From Hemiscyllium ocellatum (lineage: Eukaryota), in NCBI RefSeq assembly GCF_020745735.1, contig NC_083404.1, forward strand, positions 119,907,731 to 119,971,730: a stretch of DNA of 64,000 nucleotides. Direction: 5' to 3'. The position numbers were made by a program, and so were the translations under genes. The notes under the pieces are model-generated. The model had not been told where the DNA came from, ran no database searches, and was given only the letters and a program-made list of their open reading frames with translations. Positions 1-13,025 of the stretch are shown in pieces. Each line of letters starts with the position of its first letter. Position 1 is the stretch's first letter.

Positions 1-1575
1 TAGTTCAATCATTCGTGAACATTCCCACTTCTGACCTTGTGATAGAGAAAAGATCATTGATGAATATGCCGGAAATGGTTTAGCTCAGGACAGTACCCTG
101 AGGAACATCTGCAGAGATGTGTTGGATTTGAGATGACTGACCTACAATAACCACGACCATTTTCATACGTACCAGGTATAACTCCAACCAGGGAACAGTT
201 TTCCCCCTAAATCCCATTGATTCCAGTTTTCCTCGGAGAAAGTGAGGTCTGCAGATGTTGGAGATCAGAGTCGAGTGTATGTTGCTGGAAAAGCACAGGT
301 CAGGCAGTATGCGAGCAGCAGGAGAATCAATGTTTCAGAATCCCCCTGATGAAGGCCTAAAATGTAGATTCTCGTGCTCCTCAGATGCTGCCTGACCTGC
401 TGTGCTTTTCCAGCAACACAGTTTTGCTAGGGCTCCTTGACTCCAATTTTGCTATGGCTCCTTGATGATTATTTGGTCAAATGTAGTCTAGATGTCAAGA
501 GCATTCAATCTCCCTTCACCCCTGGAATTCAATAGTTGTGTTCGTGCTTGAACCAAAGCCACAAGGAAGTTAGGAGCTGAATCCAAACTGAGCATGACTG
601 AGCCAGCTATTGCTGAGTAGGTGTTGCTTGATAGCACTATTAACACCTTTTGCCACTTTACTGAAAGTTTGGGTAGATGTCAGTGTTGTAGCTATATGGG
701 AACAGCCAGAGGTGCAGCATATTCTGTAACATAAATCTTCAGTGCTATTGCTGGTAAGTTGTTAGGACTGCAGTAGCCAATGGCTCCAACCATTTCCTGA
801 TGTCACGTGGAGTGAATCAAATTGGCTGAAGACTGATATCTGTGATGCTGGGGACTTCTGGCAGAGGTCAAGACGGTTCATTCACTTGGCACTTCTGGTG
901 AAGAGTTTTGAAAAAGTTTCAGCCTTATCTTTTACACTGATGTGCTGGGCTCCCCCATCATTGAGGATGCATATATTTATGGAGTCTCCTACTCCAAGGA
1001 GTTGTGTCATTATCCAACATATTAGCAACTGGATATAGCAGGACTGTCAAGCTGGTGGTTGTGGACTCACTTCGTCCTGTCTATCACTTGTTGCTTATGC
1101 TGTTTGGCATGCGAATAGTCTTGTTTGGTAGCTTCACCAGGTTGACACCTCATTTTTAGGTCTGTCTGGAGCTGCTGTTAGCATGCCCTCCTGTAGTCTT
1201 TACTGAACTTTGATCTCTTGACTTGATGGTAGTGGTAGAGTTGTGGATACATTGGAACATGAGGTTACAGATTGGGTATGATTTTGTTGCGGCTGATGGC
1301 CTCATGGATACCCAAGTTTAGAAATCAGATTTGTTCATAGTCTATCCCATTTAGCACATGATTGCACCACACAGCGCAACAGAAGGTATTCTCAATGTGA
1401 AGGCAGGATGTTGTCTCCATAAGGATTGAGTGCAGGTAACTTTTGTGGATACTATCATAAACAGATGCATCTGTGGGCAGGGAAATTGTTGAAAATGAGA
1501 TCAGGTATGTTTTCCCCTCTTGTTGGTTCCTTTACTACTTGCAGCAGACCCAACCTAGCAGCAATGTCTTTTGGA
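1..1575 (-). mobile_element. Decayed non-LTR retrotransposon ORF2 fragment (CR1/L2-group LINE, 'family 2'), interrupted by a PLE insertion at 235-420
   Basis: Minus strand of ~10-120 translates to ISADVPQGTVLS*TISGIFINDLFSITRSEVGMFT, matching the RT motifs GVPQGSVLGP / FINDL / MFADD. Same family at 49185-49805. Confidence 0.8.
235..420. mobile_element. Palindromic Penelope-like (family A) terminal-repeat mini-element
   Basis: Left arm tgttgctggaaaagcacag..gtcaggcag is the reverse complement of right arm ctgcctgacctgctgtgcttttccagcaaca. The centre has a decayed ctgatgaagg core. TSD-like cagttttcct (224-233) / cagttttgct (419-428). Confidence 0.8.
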
Positions 1576-1972
1576 GCTCATCTGCAATGATTTGTGCTCA
1601 AAAGTGTACAAACTGTGTTCCAAAGCATTAATTCAGGCATCACTTAACATCTCGTAGTGGTCTTTTGAAATCAGTGACCATGAAATGAAAATACACAATG
1701 TTCCAAGCACATCAACTGTCAATTTTCATTTTCTTTTCAAGCATATATCAGTGTTCAACTCATGCCATTGGAATCCAACCAAGGAGAAGATAAGATTAAA
1801 CAAAAGGTTGTCTCAATCATCTTTCCACATCCAATTGCAGTGATTGTTTGACATAAGCAAACCACAGTCATGATCAATGAAATGTTATTTAGTATCATTT
1901 ATGCTGGTAATTGCAGTGACGATAATTATTTGTAATATGATATATTACATTTAATGGTATAAATGATTATTA

Positions 1973-2400
1973 TCCTCTCCTACCCTTCCCCATCTTCTCA
2001 CCACATCTGCTCCACTTCCCCTTTTTCCTCATCTTCTCCATATTCCTAGATCCTCAGCTACCCATCTCCACACTACACACCACTTTCCATCACCTCTTTT
2101 CTTCACCTCTCCTTATGTCTCTTATCACACTCACTGCTCTTCTCCCCTCATCTCCCTCCTTGTGTACTCTTCCTCTTCCCAATCTCCTCCACAACTTTAC
2201 TTGTCTCCTCCACTACCTATTCCATTCATCCTTCCCACTTTTCTCCCACTCCCATCCTTCCTTCCTCCCTTCGTATATGCTCAGTACTCTCTCTATATAC
2301 TCATCCTCACTTCCTCTTGCTCCCACCCACCCTAACTCATCCCTGTTTTCAGACTATGTTCCTGCATGCCCCTCTCCTCACCCCCGAGCCCTTGTCCCTG
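1973..2400 (+). repeat. Low-complexity pyrimidine (C/T)-rich tract
   Basis: About 430 bp dominated by C/T with very few G. It explains the S/L/P-rich spurious ORF 2115-2477. Confidence 0.75.
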
Positions 2401-3481
2401 CTCTCTGGTTAATGTTGACACTTGCCAGGAACCTGTGGAGTTCCTCATTATTAAAGCTAATGAAGTACAGGTGGTGAGGATGGTGTGGGTCATCTTTGTT
2501 GTCCTAGGCCTTCCTTCTCCCCTAGCTCCAGACTTCAGCTGTCAGCTGCTCTAGAAAAGTGGGCAAGTAGATGGTGGCTGTTGGGAAGGGACTTCCAGAT
2601 TTGTAACCAGAGACAGTGGTGGAACAGCAATTTCATTTATAGTCAGAGTGCTGTGTGGCTTGTCAGAGAGTTTGTGGCTGGTGGCTTTGCTATGCATGTG
2701 CTACCCCTTGCCTTCCAGGTGGTAACATTTATGTGTTTGGAAAGTGATGTTGATGGAGACTTTGCAAGTTGAAGAGAGGCTAATATTCCTTTTTGCATAT
2801 AGACTTCTAAAATTAATCCCTCTGCCTTATTATTTCTCCAATGTTGCTGCATTACATTCCTGACTATTCATTTACTATCTCTCCTTTGGCAATGCATTCC
2901 TTGTTTCTTCCTTCGAGTTGGTCACCTGCTGCAGTAGTGGAATGGAAAACAGGAATGTTCAGAAGGAGGGTAGCATGCCTTTGAAATGGAAGAGACGAAG
3001 GAGGCTGCTGGAAAAAGTTTTGACAGTACGCTTTTAGATTTGTTTCTTTTGTTTATATCGTAACCTTGCTGCATTTGACGCCTTTATGCTTGCTTTAACA
3101 AGCTAAATTTGAATGTTCATGACATAGGATTGCTTTCAAATGTTTGACTGCTCGAGCATGATCATCTGTGACTAGGATTCAATGCAGTTACACCATTTGA
3201 TGTCCCTTGATATCTGCTGCAGTTTCGAACATTTTATAGCACAACTGAATGCTTAATTTTTCTTTCTCAGATGAAATACTACAACAAAAGGCAACTTTTT
3301 TTACAATACCTAATCCAATTGAGACATGCCTAATAAAATGCTTGCACTAAGCAGTGCTGTTTTAGCAAATATGCCACAAAACAGGAACAAATCTCCAGCT
3401 CTGCAGTGGTTTAATTTCCTCCCACCATGCAAGACTTCCTCCCACCATGCTACTGTCCATCAAAAATTGTTTGTTACACTC

Positions 3482-3910
3482 TGTAATATGTCCACAGAGG
3501 CCAGTATCCCATCACCAAATCATCCTTTACTTCCATGCGAAGAGTCCTTGACACTAATCCAGTTCCCTCAGAGCTGAAAAAACAAAAACTTCAAAATAAA
3601 CTCCTTAACGCGAGGACACAGAATCAGTCTCCTCTCCTCTCTTTTAACACAAGGAAAAGAGCAGAGTCCTTTTACTCCTTAATACTGATCCGGCTTCCTC
3701 AGAGCAAGCTCAGAAGGAACAGAACCTCTGACACTCCTTTTTTTTCTTTTCTTTTTCTTTCTTTTTTCTTTTTTTGAGCAGGTGTGAGACACAGACATTC
3801 CTGGTCTTATCTATAAGCCCGAGCTCCCTAATTGGACCAGTTTAACAGCCCCAATCAGGGAACTCTTCTTCTCTGAGGTGCATCTGGTTAAACTCATTAC
3901 AATCACTAAA
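3482..3910 (-). mobile_element. Solo LTR with internal duplication/insertion
   Basis: Exact 5-bp TSD CACTC (3477-3481 and 3911-3915). Ends ..TTACA on the minus strand. Homologous to 49397-49633 (shared gagttccctgattggggctgttaa.ctggtccaat). Confidence 0.8.
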
Positions 3911-4593
3911 CACTCAACTTCAAATTTCTGGTTTGGACTTTTCACTGGCAAGTTCCAGTTCATTGAATCCTTATTCCTTTAATCTCTGAGATCTGTTATG
4001 CTGCTTCCCTATTTGTTCCACCAGCCCTTGTCTGCATCTCTACAGCAGTATCTTTGTGTATGTCTGTCTCTCAAAAAAAGTTGCCTTTGATTTGCTGTAC
4101 GTGACTGTTCAAGGGAGTAAAGCCTTTCACTCAAAATGTCCCTATTTGAGTTTCTTCCCTATAGCAATGAGATTACCTGCATCCACAAGGAAGTGGTTAT
4201 CTTGACCTAACCACCTATCATTTTAGAATGTTATCTTAAGTTTCATCTTTAATTACAAGGAATATTTTAAAATATAAGCATCTCTAGTGTTCATGGCAAA
4301 ATGCCCTATGATTTACTTCTCCAGCACAAAACCGCTCAATTTCATTCAATGACCAACCTTCCCACTCCTGACCCTCGGCAAGCCCCCAAATTGACAATGC
4401 CAACAGTTGGGTTTCAGCCTATCCTGATATTCTGATTGCCAGAGTCCATCCATGAAGCTAAACACTGCAGCCTTTCACCACATTCCCAGTTTCCTACCCA
4501 GAGGTGAAACTTTCTGTTGATTTTACTGATCGTCATGAAGAAAATGCAAAAAATCATTACAATAATATTCTTCCATTGAAGAAAACTATCATT

Positions 4594-4931
4594 GGCACAG
4601 TGGTTGAGTGGTTAGCACTGCTGCCTCACAGTGCCAGGGGCCCAGGTTCAATTCCAGCTTTGGGTGACTGTGTGGAATTTGCATATTCTCCCTGTGCCTG
4701 TATGGGTTTCCTTCTGGTCTCCTCCTATGGTCCAAAGATATGCAGCTTGGCTGAATTGCCCATGCTAAATCGCCCATAGTTCAGGGTGTGTAGGTTAGGC
4801 ACATCAATCAGAGATAAATGTAGAATTATAGGCTCAGTGAATGTGTCTGGGTGGGTTACTCTTTGGAGGGTCAACATGGACTTGTTGGGCTGAAGGGCCT
4901 GTTTCCACACTATAGGGATTCTATGATTCTA
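4594..4931 (+). mobile_element. tRNA-derived V-SINE (HE1-like)
   Basis: tRNA-like head gtggttagcactgctgcctcacag, B box ggttcaattcc, decayed V-domain, and CR1-like tail ggacttgttgggctgaagggcctgtttccacact with an (attctatg) end. Confidence 0.85.
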
Positions 4932-5899
4932 AACAGGATCTCTATATCCATAACCCTACTGGGCTTTCCATACCTGTTTTTCATGAATAGTGTGGTCCTA
5001 TTATTTAGAGCAATGTGTTATGCCTGATGCAGTCTCATAAAAAAATGAAATTCTGACTACATACATATATATATATGGGGCTCAATATTTGAAGTAGGAG
5101 CTGGGACTATTTCAAAGTCCCAAAACAGGCATGCAAAATTAGTTTTGGCTGAAAGTACAGACTACAATTAAAAAATATTTGTTAATACATCCTGATATTA
5201 TGCCTGATTGACAATAAACTTTTTTTCTGCAATCGTTTGTCGATAGCTCAAAGTTTAATCCAGTATAAAGAATATGCAAGTGCTTCTTGTTTCTGATATT
5301 GTTGCATGTAACGTCTGGCTGATTGACAGTATTTACAGGTTGCAGCAACACCAGTTAATTTTTTGAAAAGAATATTATAAACATTTTTTTTCCAATGTAC
5401 TTCCCAAATAAGTGTTCATTGGTTCTCTGCAGTGTGCAGATTTGATGAGTGGTCATGGAGATGCCACCTATTGGCATGTAGGGTATAAAGGTCGATTGGA
5501 AGTTAGAGGAGGGTCATGAGTTTGTATGAATGATATTATTAATCATTCTAGCTGGTAAGAGCATGAAGGTGGCATGGGGAATAGATGGTGCTGTGAGGGG
5601 TCATGAGGAATGGTGGCTAGAAGACAATAAAATATAAGCAAACAACCCAAGCTAGAATCCCAAAGACCAAAGACAGGCCTTTTTCACCAGCTAGCTTTAA
5701 ACTGGCTGCTTATGTCATCATTTCTGAGCTGCTTCTTGATGTGGCAGGTCTTGCTCCATCCATCAACCCCTTACCAGAACAAAACTTTCAGGGTTCCTTC
5801 TCCTGAGGGGCTCTATCAATTCAGTAAAATTCCAGACATTAGTTACCCATCTTGAAGTCAGAAACTTGGCTCCGAATGATTATACATACTAAGGGTCAA

Positions 5900-6600
5900 C
5901 GTATCTTTGGTAATGCGAAGAATGGGGTTGGCAGGCAGCTATGAAAAGTTCCATCCAGTTGGACATGCCATACCACCTGTCACTTGTGGAAAAGATTATG
6001 GAGTCAAGTAACTTTGCTCACAAATCTATCAGGCAATGTTCCACAGTTGACCACTGTTCTTGAGATACATCACATGAAATGGGGATGATAGGTTCTATCA
6101 TAGGTCGCCCTGAGTAGACTATAGACTATTATTTAACCAAATGCCTCATTGCCAGAGCTTTCAGGTCATTATATGATGTAGTTTGCCTGTTGAATACAGA
6201 TTCCTTCTCACAGGATCTCTCTGACCAGCTGGACTATCACCCCCTCTGTGTTCCCCTCAAGGTGATTTTGATGGAGAAGACACCATTATCCTCCTACATC
6301 TGCATGCGCTTTGCAAGCAGTTTTGAAAAAGCTGTAGTAGGTTTTGTCTAGGATCATCCTGAGCAGCTCCAAATTGCAAGTATCTATAGTCTATGGACTA
6401 TTTCCAAGGATACACACTGAGTTAAACAACAGCTACAGCTAGAAGACTATCAATTCAGTGTGAAACACCTTTTGGTCTGCCTGAACATTGTTGGTCTTAC
6501 AGTACAATGAGTTCTACATGACTGAGTCTGACACAGTCCAAGGTTCAAGATACATTGTCAAGGGATACAAAGGCATAATGGGGAAAAGACACTGCCGAAT
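5900..6600 (+). mobile_element. Decayed L1/Tx1-clade LINE ORF2 3' region
   Basis: Frame-broken peptides YHLSLVEK, HKSIRQ, NASLPELS, YGLFPRIHTE, KTINSV, FWSA and QSKVQDTL resemble the C-terminal zinc-knuckle region of Tx1-type ORF2 (recognised from memory). Confidence 0.6.
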
Positions 6601-9359
6601 GCCTATCCAGTTTACTGAGATGTTTGAAAGTGTAGAAAACTCCTCTAACTGCATATTTGATGTGTAATAAACACTTTGAATATTGAGTTTAATTGTAAAT
6701 GTAGTGAGTAACATACAGTATTGTATGAAACTGAATTTGAATGTCCTACCTTTATAAATTATAAAATATACAATTAATCTTCATTTTGCAATCTGTTATA
6801 TATAGATAAATTTGTGTTTGCATACTTAATATTTAATATCCAAATGTATTCATATTAAAGCATTTTCATTCTTAATAAAACATCATCCCTTTATTAGACA
6901 TTAACCATCTGTCAAATAGAAGAAATGCTACAAACTGTTCCATGTCAAGTGTCTAGGAGAAGTTTAACCTTTTGCATTTCATGTTGCTTTCTTGTAAATT
7001 TTCTGCTAACTTCAAAATGAATGAGGGCAGACAAAACAATTCTTTGAAATTGTCACATCACTGATTAAGTCACTGTGCGCTTCTCCATTTACACTTCAGT
7101 TATTGCTAGCACATGAGTGACCCTGTACTATTCATCCCTCTGAAGATTGTTTTATTCCCTGCTACAATTGAGTCATCCTTATCAAGAGGTTGGTTACAGT
7201 TTAATATTTGAAAAAGATAAGCTCATGGAATTTTTTGCACTGATCCAATCTAATTATTAACGCAGAAAATGAATCGTGACAGAAATGAAAGGTTAACATC
7301 CCACGTGGCTGCCATATTAGAAGAAATATGTATGATTGTGTGGGAATATTTGTCCCTCACTAACACCCCTGGTGACACAGATTTTTTTTTCATCCTGAAT
7401 CTATATTCACCTATGTGTGGAGTCTTTAATGACACATCACCAAACCACATAATTAAATTCAAAATTTAATGCACAAAATGAAATTCAAATTACAGCAGCA
7501 TTATAAAAAGCTGTTGCAGAAAAAGTGTTGAAAACCAATACCTCAAGAGTCAAGGGAATGCAATTATGGCTTATGATTTCTATGTAATAGGTTGTCTCTG
7601 AATTTAAAATACCTGCACTTTTCATACAACCTGGATCACTCAAAGATCTTCAGAGTGCATTTTCTAACCCAAAAATACATAATTCACTCACAATTCAAAT
7701 CTCTTTTCCAACGTTATTCATTTAACAAGCAGGTTTACTTTCAGTTCAGGTTTCCATGGATACAGAAGTGGCTTGTTTACAATATCTGGCCATAAAGGAA
7801 AGGATATTTATTCCATGGGTGTGAGTAATGAAAGTCAATGCACTGCTGTTGTCTCACAATAAAATTAAATGGAGGTTGCACATTGGAATAAAAGAAATGA
7901 CTGCAGTTCAACCTCTGCAGGTCACAAGGGCATATGGACCAAGAGTGCCTAAGATACCGAGATGGTTGAGAAGGTAAAGTCAGTTTTAAGTTTGTCTAAC
8001 AACAAGCAGAACTTGAACACAAATGAGAATGTTAAGAGCGACTAAATCACATTAAACTGCAAGCTGAAAAACATGAATATAATGGAACATTAGAAGAAAT
8101 TTATCTGTCAGACAAAAGCGACTGGTAACCAAGGACAAAGCTCAGGTTGCCATGGGATCAGTCAAATGGACTGGTACAGGTCTGAGAGAAGACTGAACAG
8201 CAATAAGTAACATGTATCATGAGGTTACCTTGCTAAACGTGAATCCATATGTGAATTTAAATAGGTTAGGTGGATATGGAAGAAAGAGTCATTGAGCTGT
8301 GCATGTGAAAGTGAGGAAAGAGTGAGCGTAAAGAACACAAGAGCAAACAACATCAAGCATTTTCCTGGCAATTGGCTCAGGCATTTGTACTGTCCACGTC
8401 TCAAGAAAAGAAGACATTGATAATTCAATAGCCTTCATCCAAATATTAAAAAGATTTCAAGTAATTGTTGGTTTGGCACTTAAAAATTTCAGAACGGTGT
8501 TTGTTAAAAATAGTAATGTTCCTAATTTAATTCTGTGTTTGTAGCTAAGTGAAAGATCTCTGTCAGATATTGTAGATTTGTGTATCTCAATTAAGTTGGC
8601 CTCAGGCACATAACTCCACGCTAACACTGCAACTGAGAAGTTGTAAAAGCAATAAATAATCTCGATAGCTAAAAGACCTTCTTGTCGAGTTGATCATCAT
8701 TCATCTGATGTGTGTTTCGTTTACATGCCTAGGCTGATAGACCATTACAATTTTCTGGTTCAAGGAAAGGAAACTGTGGCACCTACAGCTGCAGGCACAA
8801 ATCTAAAAGTTGGGATGGAGGGAATGGGGAGTTTCAATGTGAAACAATATAGATATCTTGTAAAATTTTAGGATGAAAGAGGTTACAGAGACTGGGACAA
8901 AGAATTCCATAGAGGGGAATGACATAAGCAATTTTAAAATTCAAGAATTGGAGGACCAGATGATACTGCCGGTCAGCAAGCACAGGAGTGATTTGTGTGG
9001 AAGACTTTTTTTTCAATGGGGATATGGGCATCAGTGGTTAATTGCCCATTTCAAATCTTCCTAGAGAAGTTGGTAGTGGTTAATTTGTTTACAGCAGGTT
9101 GCTGGACCAGCCCTAGTGTATGGAGTGATAATATTAAGGTGTCAACCAGCCTGCCACTGGAATAGCTTGATCCAGAGATAATAAGTACATAAATGAGAAA
9201 TTAAGAATCAGGTAAGCTGAAACAGGGGACGATAATGGCATTGCTATGGAAATGGTAGTCTGCAAAGCTTGAAATGCAAATGATATGAGGTAGAGGTTTT
9301 GCACAGTTTGCAACGAGTTTGAGACAGTAGCTAAGAAGAGGATCAAGTCAGTGATGGAC

Positions 9360-9487
9360 CTGATGAAGGGCTTTTGCCCAAAACATCAATTTTCCTGTCC
9401 TCGGATGCTGCCTGACCTGCTGTTCTTTTCCAGAACCACTCTAATCTAGACTCTGATCTCCAGCATCTGCAGTCCCTACCTTCGTCT
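9360..9487 (+). mobile_element. PLE family A terminal repeat, 5'-truncated at the hammerhead core
   Basis: Starts ctgatgaagggcttttgccc and ends ctccagcatctgcagtccctaccttcgtct. TSD tgatggacctga at 9352-9363 and 9491-9502. Confidence 0.85.
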
Positions 9488-10921
9488 AGTTGATGGACCT
9501 GAGATGTCTACCCATGCAAATATGAATGGATAAAAGTATAGAAATAGGATTTGACTTCTGAAGATATCAAAATTAATTTTTCAGATGCAATTATAACTCA
9601 GTACATCACCTCCACATAAGATAGATATCAGTCTGCGATCAACATGTATTTGCATGAGACCTTCAACAGAGTTGCCTTTAAGGTGTCCATGTGCTGCATG
9701 TACCCAATGTTGTGACTCTGCCTGTTAATCTGCTCTGGGTCTGTGAGCAGTGCACTCAGAAATCAGTTGGCTGCTGTAATAGAAGCTTCATACCTTTGTT
9801 TTGAGAAGGCCTAACATGTGTGAGCAGCTGCAAGCAGATTAATACACAGGTGGAACACATGGTCAACAGTCTGAAATCATGCTCAAATTCATGAGCCAAC
9901 CCTTGGTCACTATGTATCAGAGAATGCTGAAAACACAGCTTTCTGGCAAGCAGACAAATCCCTCTTGAGACACTAGCTTAACTCACTTGAAAAATGATGT
10001 GTACCAGATTAAAGGCAAGCAAAGGAAGATCAAAGGCACCATGTCATCATGACCACAAAATTCCCAAGTTTAAATTGGGGTACAGGTATATCTGACCTCC
10101 TAACAGACTTTTAAAGTATTGAAACAGGATTCAGAGCTATGGTTTCATATTTGGGGGCTGATGATAAAAATAAGTAAGCCATTAGGATTTGTTTATTAAT
10201 TGGGAATGAATGTCTATGTAGATTTATCATTTTATGATTAACAACCAAGGAGCTGTAGGCCATATTGGAAGGCCATTTCAGAATCAATTAAACCTTTCTC
10301 TTTATCCACTATTCATTTGGACATAAACATATACAATCCAAAGACCACTTCATGATTAGATGCAGAGGAAAGGGCACATTATGTGATTTTTCAGATGATG
10401 CAAGAGCAAATGGAGTTGACTTGCTGATCACAAACAATATCATGAAAGATTTCCAGAAAGATTTGCAAGACAAACCAAAGCTTATGGCTTTAAAGAGTCA
10501 CTGAAGGATAAATGTAAGTGCAAAGCAGTCCTTATGGGTCAGCAAATCTTACAGGTGCTGAGTACAAACTTAACATTTGACGCAATCATTTAATACCTCA
10601 AAATAGCAAGATATGTAGAAGGTGTAGTCTTCTGCATGCACTAAGGAAATTTCCCAATTTTAATCAATTTTGCAGGTCAATAGTTTTGAAGGCCATTGGC
10701 AGGCACAATGCATTAGAGCAGAAGTTGATGCAGTAGCAAATAACTTTTCAGTTTTCCATGCAGATCACACACAAGAATTATGATCAAGCTAAAATAAAGA
10801 ATACCTTCCAGACACATGTTTATGAAGAATTTAACAGACCAGAGTCTGAGGGTATACACAATGAGACAAATAATGAGAAACACATCTGTCACACTCATGG
10901 AAACCACAAATGCCATCATAC

Positions 10922-11055
10922 CTCTGATGAACAGTCACAAGATTCAAACATTAACTCTGTTTTCTCTCCACAGATTCTCCCAGACCTGCTGAGTTTCACC
11001 AGAAATTTCTGATTATTTTTTCAAATTTCCAGCATCCACAGGACTTTGCTTTATC
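10922..11055 (+). mobile_element. PLE family D terminal repeat
   Basis: ctgatgaacagtcacaagattcaaacattaactctg..cagacctgctgagtttc..ccagcatc. Homologous to the repeat attached to the GIY-YIG region at 43365-43465. Confidence 0.7.
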
Positions 11056-12019
11056 TTAATGTCATCACACTTTCTCAAGTGTTTGTAAAAGTTCAAATAA
11101 TCTGTCCTGAGAAAGCAGATGGGAATTTGCTAGTGCAAATGTACAAGGTTAAATGCCAATGTACTACTTGTGGCTTCTGAAACCATGCATCCACAGACAT
11201 GGGAAGACACGATAAAACCTACAAATATAAAAATCAGCAACTCTTCACCAATTCCAGGTGCAGGATCAGTAGTGCTGGAGTACAAATACAGCCAATTACC
11301 TGGATTTGATGATGTTCTATTTCTAACACTGCTCGACTACCAATTGCAGATATAATAGCATGCCATGACCTTGCACTGGTCACCATCCATAGAATTGGTC
11401 AGACATCAGAGACACAACAATTCAATGGACAATTCAAGAAGCACACACAGAACTGAATATGAAAAAGAACAGAATGCTTTACTCTCCTTTGAATTAGTGG
11501 AACTAAAATCCCAGAGAAGAGCAATAAAATTTCAAGAGGAAATGTTTGAAATAATAGCTCAGGGTAAACCCAAGACTGACAATGCAATCTCTGAGCTATT
11601 AACTTTTTTTTAAATGCTACCTCTGCTCTGCTCACAAAAATGAATGAAGAGCTGAAAGAAAAAAAAAGAAAGCAGGATGAATTATCTTCACTCTCTCACC
11701 AATCCAATGAAATGATTGTGAGTGTACCAGAGATTATGGAACAATTTACAAATAAAACATATCAAACTCAACAGGAATAGCTACAGAAACATTGTCATGA
11801 GCTCAAAACAATGCAAGAGAAAATGACAAATAGCACAGTACACACAACAATTAGCAGTAGATCATGCATAAGACATTCCCTTTAGACATAATGAAGCTGT
11901 AATGAAAAATCTCAAGCAGGCCTTTAAGCAAACCAAACAACTATTGAAGCAACAAACAAAAGAGGTCCAGGTTTCAAAGAAAAGAGAACATTTTAAAAAA
12001 TTTGGAGCTGGACAGTCTT

Positions 12020-12115
12020 TAGAGTAGAGAGTTGAGAGTGCTGTGCTGGAAAAGATTAGGCAGCATCTGAGGAGCAGGAGAATTGACATTTCAGACAAAA
12101 GCCCTTCATCAGAAA
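12020..12115 (-). mobile_element. PLE family A terminal repeat
   Basis: gtgctggaaaag..ggcagcatctgaggagcaggagaattgacatttcagacaaaagcccttcatcag; stops just past the hammerhead core. Confidence 0.75.
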
Positions 12116-12459
12116 TGAGTTATCAGAGTAGGTTATGAAGGAGGAAACAAATTGGACAACGAAAGACAATAAATGCCAAGAGGATTTGAACCATTGAAGG
12201 AACAAGATTAGTCAACAGCTAATCTGGAATAAAATTTGGCTGTAGTGTGTCAGAGGAAACAAAATCTGACACAGCAATTGCGGTTAATAAGAGAAAAAAA
12301 CCAAATAGGAAGCAATATCACTGAAGAATATGGAAATCAAGAGCATATCCAAACAAAGTCACCATTGGATTTATCAGTAATTTATAGCTGTTATTGTGAA
12401 TAGTTAAACTTTATTTTGGAAAGGACTGGCATATTAAATGTGTACCCTATCTTTCCAAG

Positions 12460-13025
12460 GCATGAGTGAAACCACACCCAGAATATTGCATATAATTTTG
12501 GTCCCATTGCTTGAGGAGGGATGTAGTTGTATTGGAGACAGTTCAGAGGAGATTCGTTAGTTTGATTCCAGAAATGAAGGATTTGTCTTCTGTAGAGAGA
12601 TTGAGCAATTTAGGCCTATACTGTCTGGAGTACATATAAATCTGATTGAGTTATACAAGATGATAAAGGGATTCACAAAGCAGACTGAGAGAGGATGGTT
12701 CTTCATATGGGACAATCCAGAATGAGAGCTCATAGCTTTAGAATAAGAGGTAGCAGTTTTAAACAGAGATGAGGAGAAATTACTTCTCTCAAAGAGTTCT
12801 AAGTCTGTGGAGTATGCTACTCCTGAGTGTGATGGTTGACATGGCATTGAGAAAACATAAAGAGGAAATAGACAGATTTTTTATTAGTAATGGGTTGATG
12901 GGTTATAGAGAAGGAGCAGGAAAGTGGAGTTGAAGACAAGGTGAGATCAACCTTGATTGTACTAAATGACAGAAAGGGCTGGAGGGGCTGAATTGCCTAC
13001 TTCTGCTCCTGGTTCTTACGTTCTT
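12460..13025 (+). mobile_element. CR1 LINE 3' fragment
   Basis: Remnants PHPEYCI..WS, LETVQRRF and RF..EMRRNYFSQR, with CR1 3' tail ggggctgaattgcctacttctgctcct..(ttcttacg). Confidence 0.8.

Noticed and set aside
2115-2477. 120-aa ORF
   Set aside because: Product of a low-complexity C/T tract.
3271-3290. Strong acceptor tttttctttctcag followed by a short open stretch
   Set aside because: No canonical GT donor nearby and no supporting exons.
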